Shown: positions 30,564-41,056, counted from the first letter of the stretch. The stretch: 64,000 nt of DNA from Candidatus Woesearchaeota archaeon (GCA_016192915.1 JACPTF010000011.1:2118-66117); one strand, 5' to 3'. Made by a program: numbers and translations. Notes: generated from the sequence alone by a model not told the origin.

Positions 30564-31895
30564 ATGGCCAAAGCCGCAGGATTCATCAAAAACTTAAGCC
30601 CGGAAGTAAAGCTGCTTCTGCTGCTTCTTGTGCCAGTAGCTGTTGTCATCCTGCTGCACTACCTAATAACAGGGTTCATCATTTACAATGATGGCATGTC
30701 TTACTACATATACGGCAGGTCGCTTGTAATCGATAGGGACCTTAACTTCACCAACGAATGGAACTTTTACAATACGTCATACAGCAAATTTTCTTCTGTG
30801 CCGAGGGGCATTAACGCACCGCAGGCAAAAACGCCGAAAGGCTACCCGGAAAGCACATACCTTATTGGCAATTCTGTGATGTGGCTGCCATTTTTCCTTA
30901 CAGCACATGCTGCTGCGATGATTCTAAGCTCCCTAGGGCTGCCTGTAAGGGCTGACGGCTACAGCTGGCCTTACGAGATTGCAATAGGCCTTGCCACGCT
31001 GATATACGGCTTCTTTGCCATGCTGCTGATTTACAAGTTCTGCACGAAATGGTTTGACAAAAAAACTTCGCTTCTGGCAACAATAGCCGTATGGTATGGA
31101 ACCGCAGTTTTCTGGTACCACGCCATAGAGCCAAGCCTTTCCCACATAAACTCCATGCTGGCCATAACAGCGTTTACATATTTCTGGCACAACACCCTGG
31201 GAAAAAGGACAAAGCTGCAATGGCTGCTTCTTGGGCTGCTGCTCGGACTTATTTACCTGGTAAGGCAGCAGGACATACTGCTTGGCATACTGCCTATGCT
31301 TGAGTTGCTGAAAAGGTCATTAAGAGGCGTCAATCTTTACATGATAAGAAAAACAGCAGCCGAAGGGCTCACATTCGCCACAGGCGCAATAACGGCAATA
31401 CTGCCTCAAATGCTTGCGTGGAAAAAGCTTTACGGAAGCTACATTGTCTACTCATATGCCAACACAGCACAGTACTGGCACTGGACAATACCGCAGTTGC
31501 TGCCGTTTTTTCTCTCACCACAGCACGGGATGTGGAAAGTTCCTGTCATGCTCGCTGCCCTCATAGGGCTGGCAGTGTTCACATTCAGAAGAGGTGGAAT
31601 TGCGTGGTATTTCCTTGCTGTTGTGGTTGCAGAGATACTCGTGACATCAGCATGGACGGGTTGGATGAACGGGTACGGGCAAAGGTTCCTACTCGGAACT
31701 TCAGCATTCTTAACCCTGGGAGCAGCTGAGCTCATACAAAAGCTGAAGGAAAAAGCAGGAATGAAAGCAGTCGTTGCCGCCATGGCTGCGCTAATAGCCG
31801 CAAACGCCGTGAACATGACGCTGGTAATGCTAAAAGAGGTCACTTCGAAGGTGCCGCTTTCAGAATTCCCAAACATTATCAGAAGCCTATTCTAA
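30564..31895 (+). CDS. GT-C-like membrane glycosyltransferase
   Basis: NDGMSYYIYGRSLVIDRDLNF.NE, LVRQQD and YGQRFL, multi-TM. Confidence 0.75.
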   Translation: MAKAAGFIKNLSPEVKLLLLLLVPVAVVILLHYLITGFIIYNDGMSYYIYGRSLVIDRDLNFTNEWNFYNTSYSKFSSVPRGINAPQAKTPKGYPESTYLIGNSVMWLPFFLTAHAAAMILSSLGLPVRADGYSWPYEIAIGLATLIYGFFAMLLIYKFCTKWFDKKTSLLATIAVWYGTAVFWYHAIEPSLSHINSMLAITAFTYFWHNTLGKRTKLQWLLLGLLLGLIYLVRQQDILLGILPMLELLKRSLRGVNLYMIRKTAAEGLTFATGAITAILPQMLAWKKLYGSYIVYSYANTAQYWHWTIPQLLPFFLSPQHGMWKVPVMLAALIGLAVFTFRRGGIAWYFLAVVVAEILVTSAWTGWMNGYGQRFLLGTSAFLTLGAAELIQKLKEKAGMKAVVAAMAALIAANAVNMTLVMLKEVTSKVPLSEFPNIIRSLF

Positions 31896-33364
31896 AAGTC
31901 CCCCCTGAGCTTTGCCTTAATAATGGTCTGTAGGGTTGTCAGGAAATCCCCCCTCATGAAATACCGGACTAAGTACCTTGGGCTGAAATAGTAATCAACA
32001 AAGCTCTTCTCAGACAATCGTTCAAGGTAGTGCTCGTCAAACTCGCCAGAAATCCTCATTGAGGCAGAATAGCTGCCAAGCTTGTCAAAGCCCTCGCTGG
32101 TAAGCCATTTGTTCTCCTTTGCCATCTTGTAAAGCATTGTGCCGGGGAATGGCGTTGCGATCTTGTACTCAGTCTGGCTGCCAAAAAGCTTCCTGCTGAA
32201 TTCAATGGTCTCCTCCATCGTCTGCTTTGTAGAGCCAGGCAACCCAAGGATAAAAAAGCATGATGTCCTAATGCCCGCCTTCTCACAGCGGTGGATTGTG
32301 TCAAGGATTTTGTCAAGAGGAAGCGGCAGCCTGTTAATCTTTTTCAGAATTTCCGGGTGAATATCCTCAACACCAAAGTTAATCGTCCTGCAGCCAGCCT
32401 TCGCGAGCTTTTCGATAAGGCCGGGCTTGCTAAGAAGCTCAGGCCTGGTTTCAAAGCAGAACTGAATCTTAATGCCGCTCTGGATGATAAGGTCGCAAAG
32501 CTTTTCGGCGCGCTCCTGGTTTGCCGTGAAAAGAGGGTCACGGAAGAAGACCGCCTTAATGCCAAACTTTTCAACATCCCACTTAATCTCCTCAAAAACG
32601 CTCTCAGCGCTCCTTGCCCGCCACAGCCTTCCTTGGTTAGCCGGATAAGGGCAGTAGCCGCACCCGTAAGGGCAGCCGCGAGATGCCTGAATCAGGACAA
32701 CAGGGGTTTTTGTAAGCATAGGATAATAAGAGTAGTGCTTATAAGGCCACAGGCCCCAGTCAGGGAAAGGCAGCTTCTCAAGCTCCTCAACAGGGATAAA
32801 GCGCTTGCCGCCCTCGCTTTTCCTGACTTCATTATTCTCCTGCCAAATAATGGACTGAATCTCTTTGTAAGGCACACCCTCAACAATCAAGGGCACAGAC
32901 TGCTCAACCTCACCCATGACTGCAAAGTCAAAATAAGGCAGAAGCTCCTGCGGCATCTCTGTAATCATGTCACCGGCAGCAATAACCTTAACGCCGGGAA
33001 TTTCCTCTTTTAATCTTCGGGCAACATCATCGCGCTCAAACTTGAAGCAGCCGCTGCTCACACCCATAAGGACAAACTGCGGGCCAAAAGCCTTTGCCTC
33101 CTTAAGGACGTGCTCAATGCCTTCTCCGGTGTTAATCGCGTCAATTATTTTGAGCTCGTGGCCGCGCTGCTTCAGAACAGTAGCAGCGTTAACAAGGTGC
33201 GTCATGGGGATGTGGATGACGATGCTTTTTATCCTGAAGATAATCTTGGCCCTTATGTCCCTTCCCGGGGGAGCGTTATGCACACCCATCCCGCCCATCA
33301 GGTCGCGATTAATGTAAGACGCATCAGGGCTTGGAGGATTAAGAATCAAAACCTTGGCAGGCAT
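31892..33364 (-). CDS. B12-binding-domain radical SAM protein
   Basis: LNPPSP..YINRDLMGGMG, GEVE, ASRGCPYGCGYC, FRDPLFT and TPFPGT. Confidence 0.9.
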   Translation of the reverse strand: MPAKVLILNPPSPDASYINRDLMGGMGVHNAPPGRDIRAKIIFRIKSIVIHIPMTHLVNAATVLKQRGHELKIIDAINTGEGIEHVLKEAKAFGPQFVLMGVSSGCFKFERDDVARRLKEEIPGVKVIAAGDMITEMPQELLPYFDFAVMGEVEQSVPLIVEGVPYKEIQSIIWQENNEVRKSEGGKRFIPVEELEKLPFPDWGLWPYKHYSYYPMLTKTPVVLIQASRGCPYGCGYCPYPANQGRLWRARSAESVFEEIKWDVEKFGIKAVFFRDPLFTANQERAEKLCDLIIQSGIKIQFCFETRPELLSKPGLIEKLAKAGCRTINFGVEDIHPEILKKINRLPLPLDKILDTIHRCEKAGIRTSCFFILGLPGSTKQTMEETIEFSRKLFGSQTEYKIATPFPGTMLYKMAKENKWLTSEGFDKLGSYSASMRISGEFDEHYLERLSEKSFVDYYFSPRYLVRYFMRGDFLTTLQTIIKAKLRGDF

Positions 33365-33390
33365 ACCACAGCGAGGTGAAAGGGTGTTTT

Positions 33391-34284
33391 TTAAAGCTTT
33401 CTATGGATTATTTTCTTAAGCCCTTCGCTGAAAGCCAAGGGGGAGAACCTGAAATCCCTGGCAGCATCATCACACCTGAACACCCTGTTGGCAGAAAGGA
33501 AATCAAGCTGGCTCCTGTCAAATGCTGACTTAAACAGCTTTATTGGAAGAAGGCCAAAAATCATCAATGCCATCTTCAGTGCAAATGGGGGCACGGAAAT
33601 GAGAAGCCGCTTAAGGCGAAGCCCGGAAACAATCGCTTTGACAAGCTCCCTGTACGTTATGGCAGGGCCTGCAATGTAATACATCCTGCCTTTCGGCCTG
33701 CTTTCAGAAGCTGCAACAACCGCCTTGACAGCATCACCAACGTAAACCGGCTGGAGAGGGCTGCTACCTGAACCAAGGATGGGCACAACAGGGCTTCGTT
33801 TGATAAAGCCAACAAGCCCGCCAATTGCCCTGGTGTCTTTTTCGCCATAAATAAGCGATATGCGGAGGATGGTAAAAGGCACGCCCGAGTTCCTAACGAT
33901 TTCCTCCGCAGCAAGCTTGCTTTTCCCATAAGGGGTCGTGTTTTGATACGAGGCGAGCACGGAGCTCAGAAAAATAAAGTGCTTGACCTTTGATGATTTC
34001 GCAGCCTCAACAAGGTTTCTTGTGCCATCAACATTGACCCTCAGGTAATCCGCCGAGTCCCTTGCCTTTATAACTGCTGCAGCATGAATTATGATGTCAA
34101 CGCCTTTAACGGCCCTTGAAACAGCTCCCTTGTCTGAAAGATCCCCAATTGCCAACCCGCAGCCGCATTTCTCCAACCGGGAGGCAGCAGAAACATCCCT
34201 GACAAGGCAGCGCAGCCTTTTGCCTTTAAGCATCTTAAGCAGCTCCATTCCAAGAAAACCTGTTGCGCCTGTAAGCAAAAGCAT
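33391..34284 (-). CDS. NAD(P)-dependent epimerase/oxidoreductase (atypical SDR)
   Basis: LTGATGFLG, IIHAAA, YGKSKLAAE and QPVYVGD. Confidence 0.8.
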   Translation of the reverse strand: MLLLTGATGFLGMELLKMLKGKRLRCLVRDVSAASRLEKCGCGLAIGDLSDKGAVSRAVKGVDIIIHAAAVIKARDSADYLRVNVDGTRNLVEAAKSSKVKHFIFLSSVLASYQNTTPYGKSKLAAEEIVRNSGVPFTILRISLIYGEKDTRAIGGLVGFIKRSPVVPILGSGSSPLQPVYVGDAVKAVVAASESRPKGRMYYIAGPAITYRELVKAIVSGLRLKRLLISVPPFALKMALMIFGLLPIKLFKSAFDRSQLDFLSANRVFRCDDAARDFRFSPLAFSEGLKKIIHRKL

Positions 34285-34291
34285 TTTTGCC

Positions 34292-34999
34292 TCAATCCAC
34301 AAACCTGAACTTAACAAGGCACCACGCTGCCTTCATGCCGTCCTTCCAAGTGATTTTCTTGCCCTGGCTGAAGTCCCTTGCAAAATATCTGATAGGAACC
34401 TCAACTACCTTAACGCGCCTCTTGAGCAGCTTTGACGTAATTTCAGGCTCCATATCAAAGCGGTTCGCCCTGAAATCAAGGCCCTTTATCACGCTGCCCC
34501 TGAAAACCTTATAGCCAGTCTCCATGTCAGTGAGCTTCTGGCCGTAAAAAATATTCGTGATAAACGTGAGGATTTTATTGCCCATGAAATGGGCGGGAAG
34601 CACAAGCCGGCCATGACCAAGCTCTGAAAGGGACTTTCCCAAAAAGCGCGAGCCAAACACGACATCGGCTTTGCCATCAACTATTGGCTGAATGAGCTTG
34701 CCGTAATCATTCGGGTCGTATTCCACATCAGCATCCTGGAATATTATTATGTCACCGGTAGCGTGCCGCAACCCTGTCCGGACGGCGCAGCCCTTGCCCA
34801 TGTTCTTTTCATGAAAGACAACCTTCACTTTCCCGCTCTTAACTTCGGCAAGAAACTCGCGGGTGCCATCTGTGGAAAAATCATCAACAACTATAATCTC
34901 CTTCTTAATTCCCGGGAGCACTACAGAAGAAACCCTTGATAAAATCTGCCCAATCGTGTTAATCTCGTTGTAAACAGGCATAACAACAGACAGCTTCAT
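34292..34999 (-). CDS. GT2 polyprenol-phosphate glycosyltransferase
   Basis: MKLSVVMPVYNE, VVDDFSTDGT, QDADVEYDP, LTDMETGYKVF and GKKITWKDG. Confidence 0.9.
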   Translation of the reverse strand: MKLSVVMPVYNEINTIGQILSRVSSVVLPGIKKEIIVVDDFSTDGTREFLAEVKSGKVKVVFHEKNMGKGCAVRTGLRHATGDIIIFQDADVEYDPNDYGKLIQPIVDGKADVVFGSRFLGKSLSELGHGRLVLPAHFMGNKILTFITNIFYGQKLTDMETGYKVFRGSVIKGLDFRANRFDMEPEITSKLLKRRVKVVEVPIRYFARDFSQGKKITWKDGMKAAWCLVKFRFVD

Positions 35000-35039
35000 G
35001 GGCGAAGCTGACGGCGACCGTTTTAAATATCTTTCTCTG

Positions 35040-35783
35040 TTAAGGCTCAAACTCCTTCCTCGCCGCTTCAAGCGCCTCAATCCAGCCGATGTCAAACCAC
35101 TTTTCAGTGTAAACGTAGCCAAGGACCTTCTCAAGCTTCATAAGCCACATAAGGAAAAAGCCCATCTTGTCAGGGCTGTTCTTTTCAGCAATGTATTTTT
35201 TAATCAGATTAAGCTTTGGCTGCGGAAAAAAATAAATGCCTAAAGAGATCAAAGTGGATTTCGGCATAGGAGATTTTTCCATAAACTCAACGAAATCGTT
35301 AGTTTCCTCGTCAATGACAACGCTTCCTGACTCGCGAGCTGCCTTGTAAGATTTTGACTCGTACAGCGGGTTCAGGATTCGCTGCCGCTGCAAAAAAGTA
35401 TTGTACGCCGGCAAAAGCGAGAAATTGAACAGGTTATCCCCAGCAACAACAAGAAGGTCATCGTTGACGCTTTCCTTTTCCATGACAAAATGGATGTCAC
35501 CAACCTGGCCAAGACGGTCATCATTTGATGTGGTACCATCGTTTACAAGCTTAACAGGTAAGGCAATACCAGCCCTGGCTTCCAGCAGCCATTCCTCAAA
35601 TAATGAATAAAATTTAGCATTCGTTACAATAAAAATTTCATCAACTTCAGAAATTTCAGCAATCCTGTTAACTATGTGCTCAACAATAGGCCTGCCCCTT
35701 ACCTCAAGAAGCGGCTTAGGAACGTCCTTTGTCAAAGGCCACAGCCGCGAGGCATAGCCAGCAGCTGTTACAATGGCTTTCAC
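35040..35783 (-). CDS. Sugar-phosphate nucleotidyltransferase
   Basis: AAGYASRLWPLT...PKPLL, VAGDNLF and WFDIG. Confidence 0.85.
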   Translation of the reverse strand: MKAIVTAAGYASRLWPLTKDVPKPLLEVRGRPIVEHIVNRIAEISEVDEIFIVTNAKFYSLFEEWLLEARAGIALPVKLVNDGTTSNDDRLGQVGDIHFVMEKESVNDDLLVVAGDNLFNFSLLPAYNTFLQRQRILNPLYESKSYKAARESGSVVIDEETNDFVEFMEKSPMPKSTLISLGIYFFPQPKLNLIKKYIAEKNSPDKMGFFLMWLMKLEKVLGYVYTEKWFDIGWIEALEAARKEFEP

Positions 35784-35787
35784 GCAA

Positions 35788-37089
35788 TCAACCCCTCCCT
35801 ACACCAACATAGTTAAAGCCTAGGCTGCGCATCTCATCGGGCTCGTAAATGTTGCGGCCGTCAACAATGTTGGGCGCAGCCATCAGCTTTTTCATCCTGT
35901 CCTTGTCAAGCTCCCTGAACAAATCCCACTCTGTGACAACCACAAGGCAGTGGGCGCCCTCAAGGGCTCCAAGAGGCGTCTCGGCAAAGTGAACGCCTGA
36001 GAGCAGCTTCCTAGCATTCCTTTCTGAAACAGGGTCAAACGCGCTTATTTCAGCACCAAGCTGCTGAAGCTGCTCAATAACCACTATCGAAGGGGCTTCC
36101 CTCATGTCATCGGTCTTCGGCTTGAAAGACAAGCCCCAGATTGCAACTTTCTTGCCTTTCAAGTCAGGGACAAGCTTCCTGACCTTTGGAACAATTGAGG
36201 ACTTCTGTAACTCATTAACGCCCTCAACAGCCGCAATAAGCCGGGAATCGCAGCCGTACTCCTCCAGCGTCTGAACCAAAGCCCTCACATCTTTTGGAAA
36301 ACAGCTGCCGCCATAACCGGCTCCCGCCTGCAGGAATCTTGAACCAATCCTGCTGTCAAGGCCAACACCCCTGGCTATGATTTTTACGTCAGCCCCAACC
36401 TTCTCACACAAATGCGAAAGCTCGTTCATGAACGAAATGCGCATGGCAAGCATGGCATTGCTGGCATACTTGATGAGTTCAGAACTCTTAACATCAGTAA
36501 TCATGATTGGCCTGCCTGTCCTCTCAACAGGGCGGTAAAGCGCAAGCATGACATCCTTTGCCTTACCGTTGTCAATGCCAATGACAATCCTGTCCGGAAT
36601 CATGAAGTCATTAACGGCTTCGCCCTCCCTCAGGAATTCCGGATTTGAAACCACATCGAACTCAACCCGCTGCTTCATCCTCTGCCTCATGTGGTCACGG
36701 ATTTTGTGGCAGGTGCCAACAGGCACAGTGCTCTTCACAACAACAACCTTGTAAGCATCAATGTACTTGGCTATGTGGTCGGCAACCGCAAAAACAGCAG
36801 ACAAATCAGCTTTGCCATTGCCATCAGAAGGCGTGCCAACAGCGATGAAGATAACATCAGAGTTCCTTATAGCGAGCTCAGAGTCTGTGGTGAACATGAG
36901 CCGCTTCTGGGCAAGGTTCATCTCAACCATGTCCCTAAGGCCAGGCTCAAAAAAGGGGATAATGCCCTTGCGGAGGTTGGAGATTTTTTCATCATCAATG
37001 TCAACGCATATCACGTCATTGCCAAGGTTCGCCAAGCCAGCACCAGTCACGAGACCTACGTAGCCACACCCAATAACAGCTATTTTCAT
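35788..37089 (-). CDS. ugd: UDP-glucose 6-dehydrogenase
   Basis: GCGYVG, IAVGTP, KSTVPVGT, SNPEFLREG, GYGGSCFPKD and FKPKTDDMREAP. Confidence 0.92.
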   Translation of the reverse strand: MKIAVIGCGYVGLVTGAGLANLGNDVICVDIDDEKISNLRKGIIPFFEPGLRDMVEMNLAQKRLMFTTDSELAIRNSDVIFIAVGTPSDGNGKADLSAVFAVADHIAKYIDAYKVVVVKSTVPVGTCHKIRDHMRQRMKQRVEFDVVSNPEFLREGEAVNDFMIPDRIVIGIDNGKAKDVMLALYRPVERTGRPIMITDVKSSELIKYASNAMLAMRISFMNELSHLCEKVGADVKIIARGVGLDSRIGSRFLQAGAGYGGSCFPKDVRALVQTLEEYGCDSRLIAAVEGVNELQKSSIVPKVRKLVPDLKGKKVAIWGLSFKPKTDDMREAPSIVVIEQLQQLGAEISAFDPVSERNARKLLSGVHFAETPLGALEGAHCLVVVTEWDLFRELDKDRMKKLMAAPNIVDGRNIYEPDEMRSLGFNYVGVGRG

Positions 37090-37215
37090 AAGAAACTCAC
37101 AAAAAGCAGCAGGTATAAATATCTTACCATTATCCTACTTTATCCGATAAGTTTATATACTCTTTTGTTCGTCAGCAGCAATTAATTTATCGCTGCAGCC
37201 ACAACGGTAACGAAG

Positions 37216-38022
37216 ATGAAACGCAAAATAAGCATCACAATTGAGGATAGCGTCCTCAATGGGATAGACTCGGTCGTAGACAACGTCTTCATCAGGAACA
37301 GGTCTCATGCGATAGAGTTCCTTGCCAAGACAGCGCTTGGGGAGCACAAGCAGGCAGTCATGCTGGCTGGAGGGCCGGAGGAAAAGCTCAGGATTTCAGA
37401 TTCGGAGTTTAGGATAACAGCCAAAATTGGCAATTCAACTGTTGTTGAGAAAGCAGTAAAAAGGCTGCGGGAGAACGGCTTCAGGGACATATTTATCGTC
37501 GCAAGGCACAACGTCCTCACCAGGGTGTTTGACATCCTCAAGGACGGCAGCAGCCACAACGTCAAGGTCAGCTACATTGAGGAGAAGGAAAGCGGCGGAA
37601 GCGCAGACAGCCTGCGGCTGCTGAAAGGCAAAATCAATGCAAATTTCCTAGCCGTTTATGGCCACATACTCTTTGATAAGGTAAACATCCAGGAGCTTTG
37701 GAACCAGCACATAAAGCAGGCAACAGCCGTAGCAACGCTCATAGTGACGACAGCTCCTAACCCGAGCGAGAAAGGCACAGTCAAGGTAGAAGGCAGCCGC
37801 ATACTCGAGTTCATACAGAAACCGAAAAAGACAGACGTTTACCTCGTTTTCTCGCCAATCTTTGTTGCAACGCCTGAGATTTTCAACATCAGCGGCAGCA
37901 GCCTTGAGTACGATGTTTTCCCGAAGCTGGCAGAGCAGGGCCTGCTGTTTGGGCACACCTCTGCAGAAAAGGAGCAGCACGTGCACACGGCTGCGGATGC
38001 AAGAGCAATAGTAAAGTCATAG
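37216..38022 (+). CDS. Ribbon-helix-helix domain fused to a degenerate nucleotidyltransferase domain
   Basis: The N-terminus KISITIEDSVLNGIDSVVD...NRSHAIEFL is CopG/NikR-like. The NTP-transferase part has LAGGPEEKLR instead of LAGGxGTRL and YGH instead of xGD. Confidence 0.75.
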   Translation: MKRKISITIEDSVLNGIDSVVDNVFIRNRSHAIEFLAKTALGEHKQAVMLAGGPEEKLRISDSEFRITAKIGNSTVVEKAVKRLRENGFRDIFIVARHNVLTRVFDILKDGSSHNVKVSYIEEKESGGSADSLRLLKGKINANFLAVYGHILFDKVNIQELWNQHIKQATAVATLIVTTAPNPSEKGTVKVEGSRILEFIQKPKKTDVYLVFSPIFVATPEIFNISGSSLEYDVFPKLAEQGLLFGHTSAEKEQHVHTAADARAIVKS

Positions 38023-38037
38023 ATAAGTAGGTCAAAC

Positions 38038-38412
38038 TCACTTAACAAACTCAACATTAGCCTTGTTGCGGAACTTCTCATCACCAGTAAGAAACTTTAT
38101 TCCAAGCTCAACTGCAACAGCATAACCAATGCAGTCAGCATAGCTTAGCGCCTCATCTTTGAATTGCAGCTTAAACTGCATGGCAGCGGCTATCGAAGAA
38201 AGAGAAACAGTGACCAAGAATCCAGAATAAAAATCAAAGTAGCGATTAGCCTCCTCAAAAGAGTAAAACCTCAGCAAGTGGTAGTACAGCTCAGCAAGGT
38301 GAAACTTAGTAGTTGCCAGGACAGAATTCAGATAAGGAGCACAGCTTCGGTTTCCCCCTATAATTTCAATAAGTGCGTATGTATCTGCCAAAAACTGGCC
38401 TGGCTCAGTCAT
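38038..38412 (-). CDS. vapC: PIN-domain toxin
   Basis: ADTYALIE, LSYADCIGY and LTGDEKF. Confidence 0.88.
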   Translation of the reverse strand: MTEPGQFLADTYALIEIIGGNRSCAPYLNSVLATTKFHLAELYYHLLRFYSFEEANRYFDFYSGFLVTVSLSSIAAAMQFKLQFKDEALSYADCIGYAVAVELGIKFLTGDEKFRNKANVEFVK

Positions 38413-38626
38413 GGTACTCCCTATCAATCTCTTCCATTGCCTTTTGGGTAGGCATTTTAAGCTTTAACGAGCCAAATACCTTACGCAGCCTGCCAGACTG
38501 GTCAGCCACAACAAACACCCTAACCCTTCTGCCAGGAGAAAGGCGCTCACTGTCAACAATCTCCTTCGGGATAGTCACCCCCAACGAATTCCCCCACTTC
38601 TTCGGAACTGTCTCAAAGCCCTGCAT
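38405..38626 (-). CDS. AbrB/MazE-family antitoxin
   Basis: KKWGNSLGVTIPKEIV. Confidence 0.85.
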   Translation of the reverse strand: MQGFETVPKKWGNSLGVTIPKEIVDSERLSPGRRVRVFVVADQSGRLRKVFGSLKLKMPTQKAMEEIDREYHD

Positions 38627-38775
38627 TTCACATCACCACAGCTTAATATAATCTAATTATATATAAACTTTTCCATTATAAAATAGTAACTACTTTTTAG
38701 TTGCTAAAATAGAAAGGTTTATATGCTTGGTTGCTTTTGAATCCTGCACGTAAAAAAGCGAAAGGGCTGCAAAAA

Positions 38776-40233
38776 ATGGCTGATGAGCTGCAACAGAACC
38801 TAAAGCACCTTGAAGAACTAGTTAATGGGGAAAAAACATACGACAGAGACACAATTCTGAGCCTTTTCGGGACGTGGAAAGAAAAGCCGAACAACAGCAT
38901 AGAATTAGACCAGTACGTAATCTGCAACAGACACAACAGGGTTGAACGCAGAAGCGATTTAACAGAAGTTCCTGGCGTATCGCTGTACATGGCCATGGGA
39001 GCCTTAAGAAAGGCTGGCGTTCTGCTCACAAGCGCCGACTGCACAGATTACAAGCCACAGCAACAAGAAGCAACCTCACAACAAAAACAACAGCTAACAA
39101 CGCCAACACCAGGCTTTATAACAGCCCCAATAGGAGAGAAGACGGCTTCACAGCTCTCGGCCGACGACCAGGGCATTGCTGAGAAGATAAGGCAGATAGA
39201 GGAGGAAACCAGAGGCACCGGAGACCGGAAAGTTGAGCGGGAAAGGATTCTGGCGCTGTTAAAGCCCAGATTCAGGGGAAAAGACCCTGCAGCTGTAATC
39301 AAGGTCTGCAGTATACCGAACAATGACACGGGCAACGATTGGCACACCTACTACTTCTACGAAACAGAGGCAGCGACAGAAGCGCCAGGAAGTTTGCCAG
39401 ATGCCAAGGCAATACCTCCGCACACAGCAGAGTTGCTCAGAGGAGGAGAGTCAGAGCCGTGCCTGAAGCACACCATAGAGATGAGCATTGGCGTAACAGG
39501 GCCATGGGTTAGCCAAAAGAAAATAGTTCCATACGAAGTTCTCCCAGCCAAGGCGAAAAATCAGCAGGAGCTGGAAAGGCTGGTTACCGCAGCAACAGAG
39601 GATTACGTCTTAGTCGGCAAGGAAATACGACTGCCTTTCTATATGAGGGAAGGAAGAAGAAAAATTGCTGCCGTAGTGTTCAAAAACTCTGAGCTTTACA
39701 AAAGCGAAGAAGACAGGAAGCAGGTTGCACAGCTGCTGCAGAAAATAGACGACGCCATCACTTTGCGAAGTGAAGGAAAGATTAGTGAGGAGGAGGTAAT
39801 GCGGCTCGTAGCAAGGCTCAGGGAAAAGCCAACGGCAGCAGCGCCACAAGTTGCAGCTTTAGAACAAGCGGCACAGCAAGCTGCGCAACAGCAGCCGCAG
39901 CTGGAAGGAACAGTCTCAGAAGCCTATGTGCAGGGAATGTATGCAATCCCTGCAAGGCTTAAGCACGGCGACATGATAAACGCCTTCCTCAGACGGTTCG
40001 AGCAGCCATACGAGGTTGCACTGGATGTGGAAGCTGGGCTAAGCCTGTTCAGATTCACAAAGCCAGGCCTAGACGAGCCAGAAGCAGTAGAAAAAGCAAG
40101 GGATAAAATACTGTGGCTTGAGACCTTTATCGGAATGATAAGAGGCATTGGAACAAAGGAAGGGCGGGAACAGAAAATAAACGAGTTATTACCAACAATA
40201 TACCAACGCTTCGGCAACCCGGAACAAAAGTGA
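38776..40233 (+). CDS. Hypothetical protein
   Basis: Long ORF of ~485 aa with Q/A/T-rich linkers and no recognised motif. Confidence 0.7.
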   Translation: MADELQQNLKHLEELVNGEKTYDRDTILSLFGTWKEKPNNSIELDQYVICNRHNRVERRSDLTEVPGVSLYMAMGALRKAGVLLTSADCTDYKPQQQEATSQQKQQLTTPTPGFITAPIGEKTASQLSADDQGIAEKIRQIEEETRGTGDRKVERERILALLKPRFRGKDPAAVIKVCSIPNNDTGNDWHTYYFYETEAATEAPGSLPDAKAIPPHTAELLRGGESEPCLKHTIEMSIGVTGPWVSQKKIVPYEVLPAKAKNQQELERLVTAATEDYVLVGKEIRLPFYMREGRRKIAAVVFKNSELYKSEEDRKQVAQLLQKIDDAITLRSEGKISEEEVMRLVARLREKPTAAAPQVAALEQAAQQAAQQQPQLEGTVSEAYVQGMYAIPARLKHGDMINAFLRRFEQPYEVALDVEAGLSLFRFTKPGLDEPEAVEKARDKILWLETFIGMIRGIGTKEGREQKINELLPTIYQRFGNPEQK

Positions 40234-40513
40234 CGGTAGCAGATGTCAAGGCATTATTCCAATCAAAAGCAGAGGCAGATAACTTTATAAAGGCAACACC
40301 CATTCCATACATCGTGAACGGCCATGGCCGCCTGGTAATACCTGATCCCATTTCGAACTCAGAAGTCAAGCGGGCGCACGTTCCTGCCAGTACTGCACGT
40401 CGTGCGGAAACGCAGGGTCGCTGTTCACACTTTTTATTCTAGGAGACAAAATCATGATAGTCAACAAAACCGAGTACATAAAGCACTTCGCAGAGCACTT
40501 CAGGATTAAGTAG
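40230..40513 (+). other. Small hypothetical ORF, possibly frameshifted into a Cys-rich continuation
   Basis: ORF 40230-40442 overlaps the upstream stop. Another frame reads SCQYCTSCGNAGSLFTLFILGDKIMIVNKTEYIKHFAEHFRIK* to 40513. Confidence 0.3.
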
Positions 40514-40952
40514 GGACTTCGGAAACCCTGTAAAAGTAAGCCCTGCGGGCCCTGTAATTCTCTGGGTTCTCAACGATGCCTTCAAGCTCAAACCTCACAA
40601 CACCTTTCCTGCTGGTCACCTTGCGAACCCTCAAGTGATTGCCCATGTTAACGACCAGGAAGTATCTGAGGGTGTTACTACCGTCGACGTAAGGAACAGC
40701 CTGCTTAGAAAAAGCGAGCGAGATAAACTGGCCACTGCCTTCCTCATTAACCTCCACAGGATTTTCTCCAATATCAACATCAAGGCCATTAACAGCATAT
40801 GCGTTGAGCTTTCCAAAAAGGCGGGCTTTTGGAAGCTCGGAAATTTCACTCCGTGCCTGCATCACGCTCACCCTCTCAACCTTGCTTAATGTGAGCAGGG
40901 AGTAAAGAGCATCCGTTATCCTCTCAAGTGCCATAAAATGTGGGTTTTCCAC
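40506..40952 (-). CDS. Hypothetical protein
   Basis: 148-aa ORF with protein-like composition and an AT-rich TATA-like element upstream. Confidence 0.55.
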   Translation of the reverse strand: MENPHFMALERITDALYSLLTLSKVERVSVMQARSEISELPKARLFGKLNAYAVNGLDVDIGENPVEVNEEGSGQFISLAFSKQAVPYVDGSNTLRYFLVVNMGNHLRVRKVTSRKGVVRFELEGIVENPENYRARRAYFYRVSEVPT

Positions 40953-41056
40953 TTTATTTATAAAGAATTTGGCAGCATGGGAATTTCATATACTAGCATA
41001 GGATACCAAAACCTTTATCTATCACCTAGTGCCTAAATGCTTCCCGGTGCTTCGGA

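Noticed and set aside
32291-33013. Long antisense ORFs (also 6269-6997, 13599-14213, 45770-46354)
   Set aside because: They are shadows of well-supported genes on the opposite strand and have no motifs.
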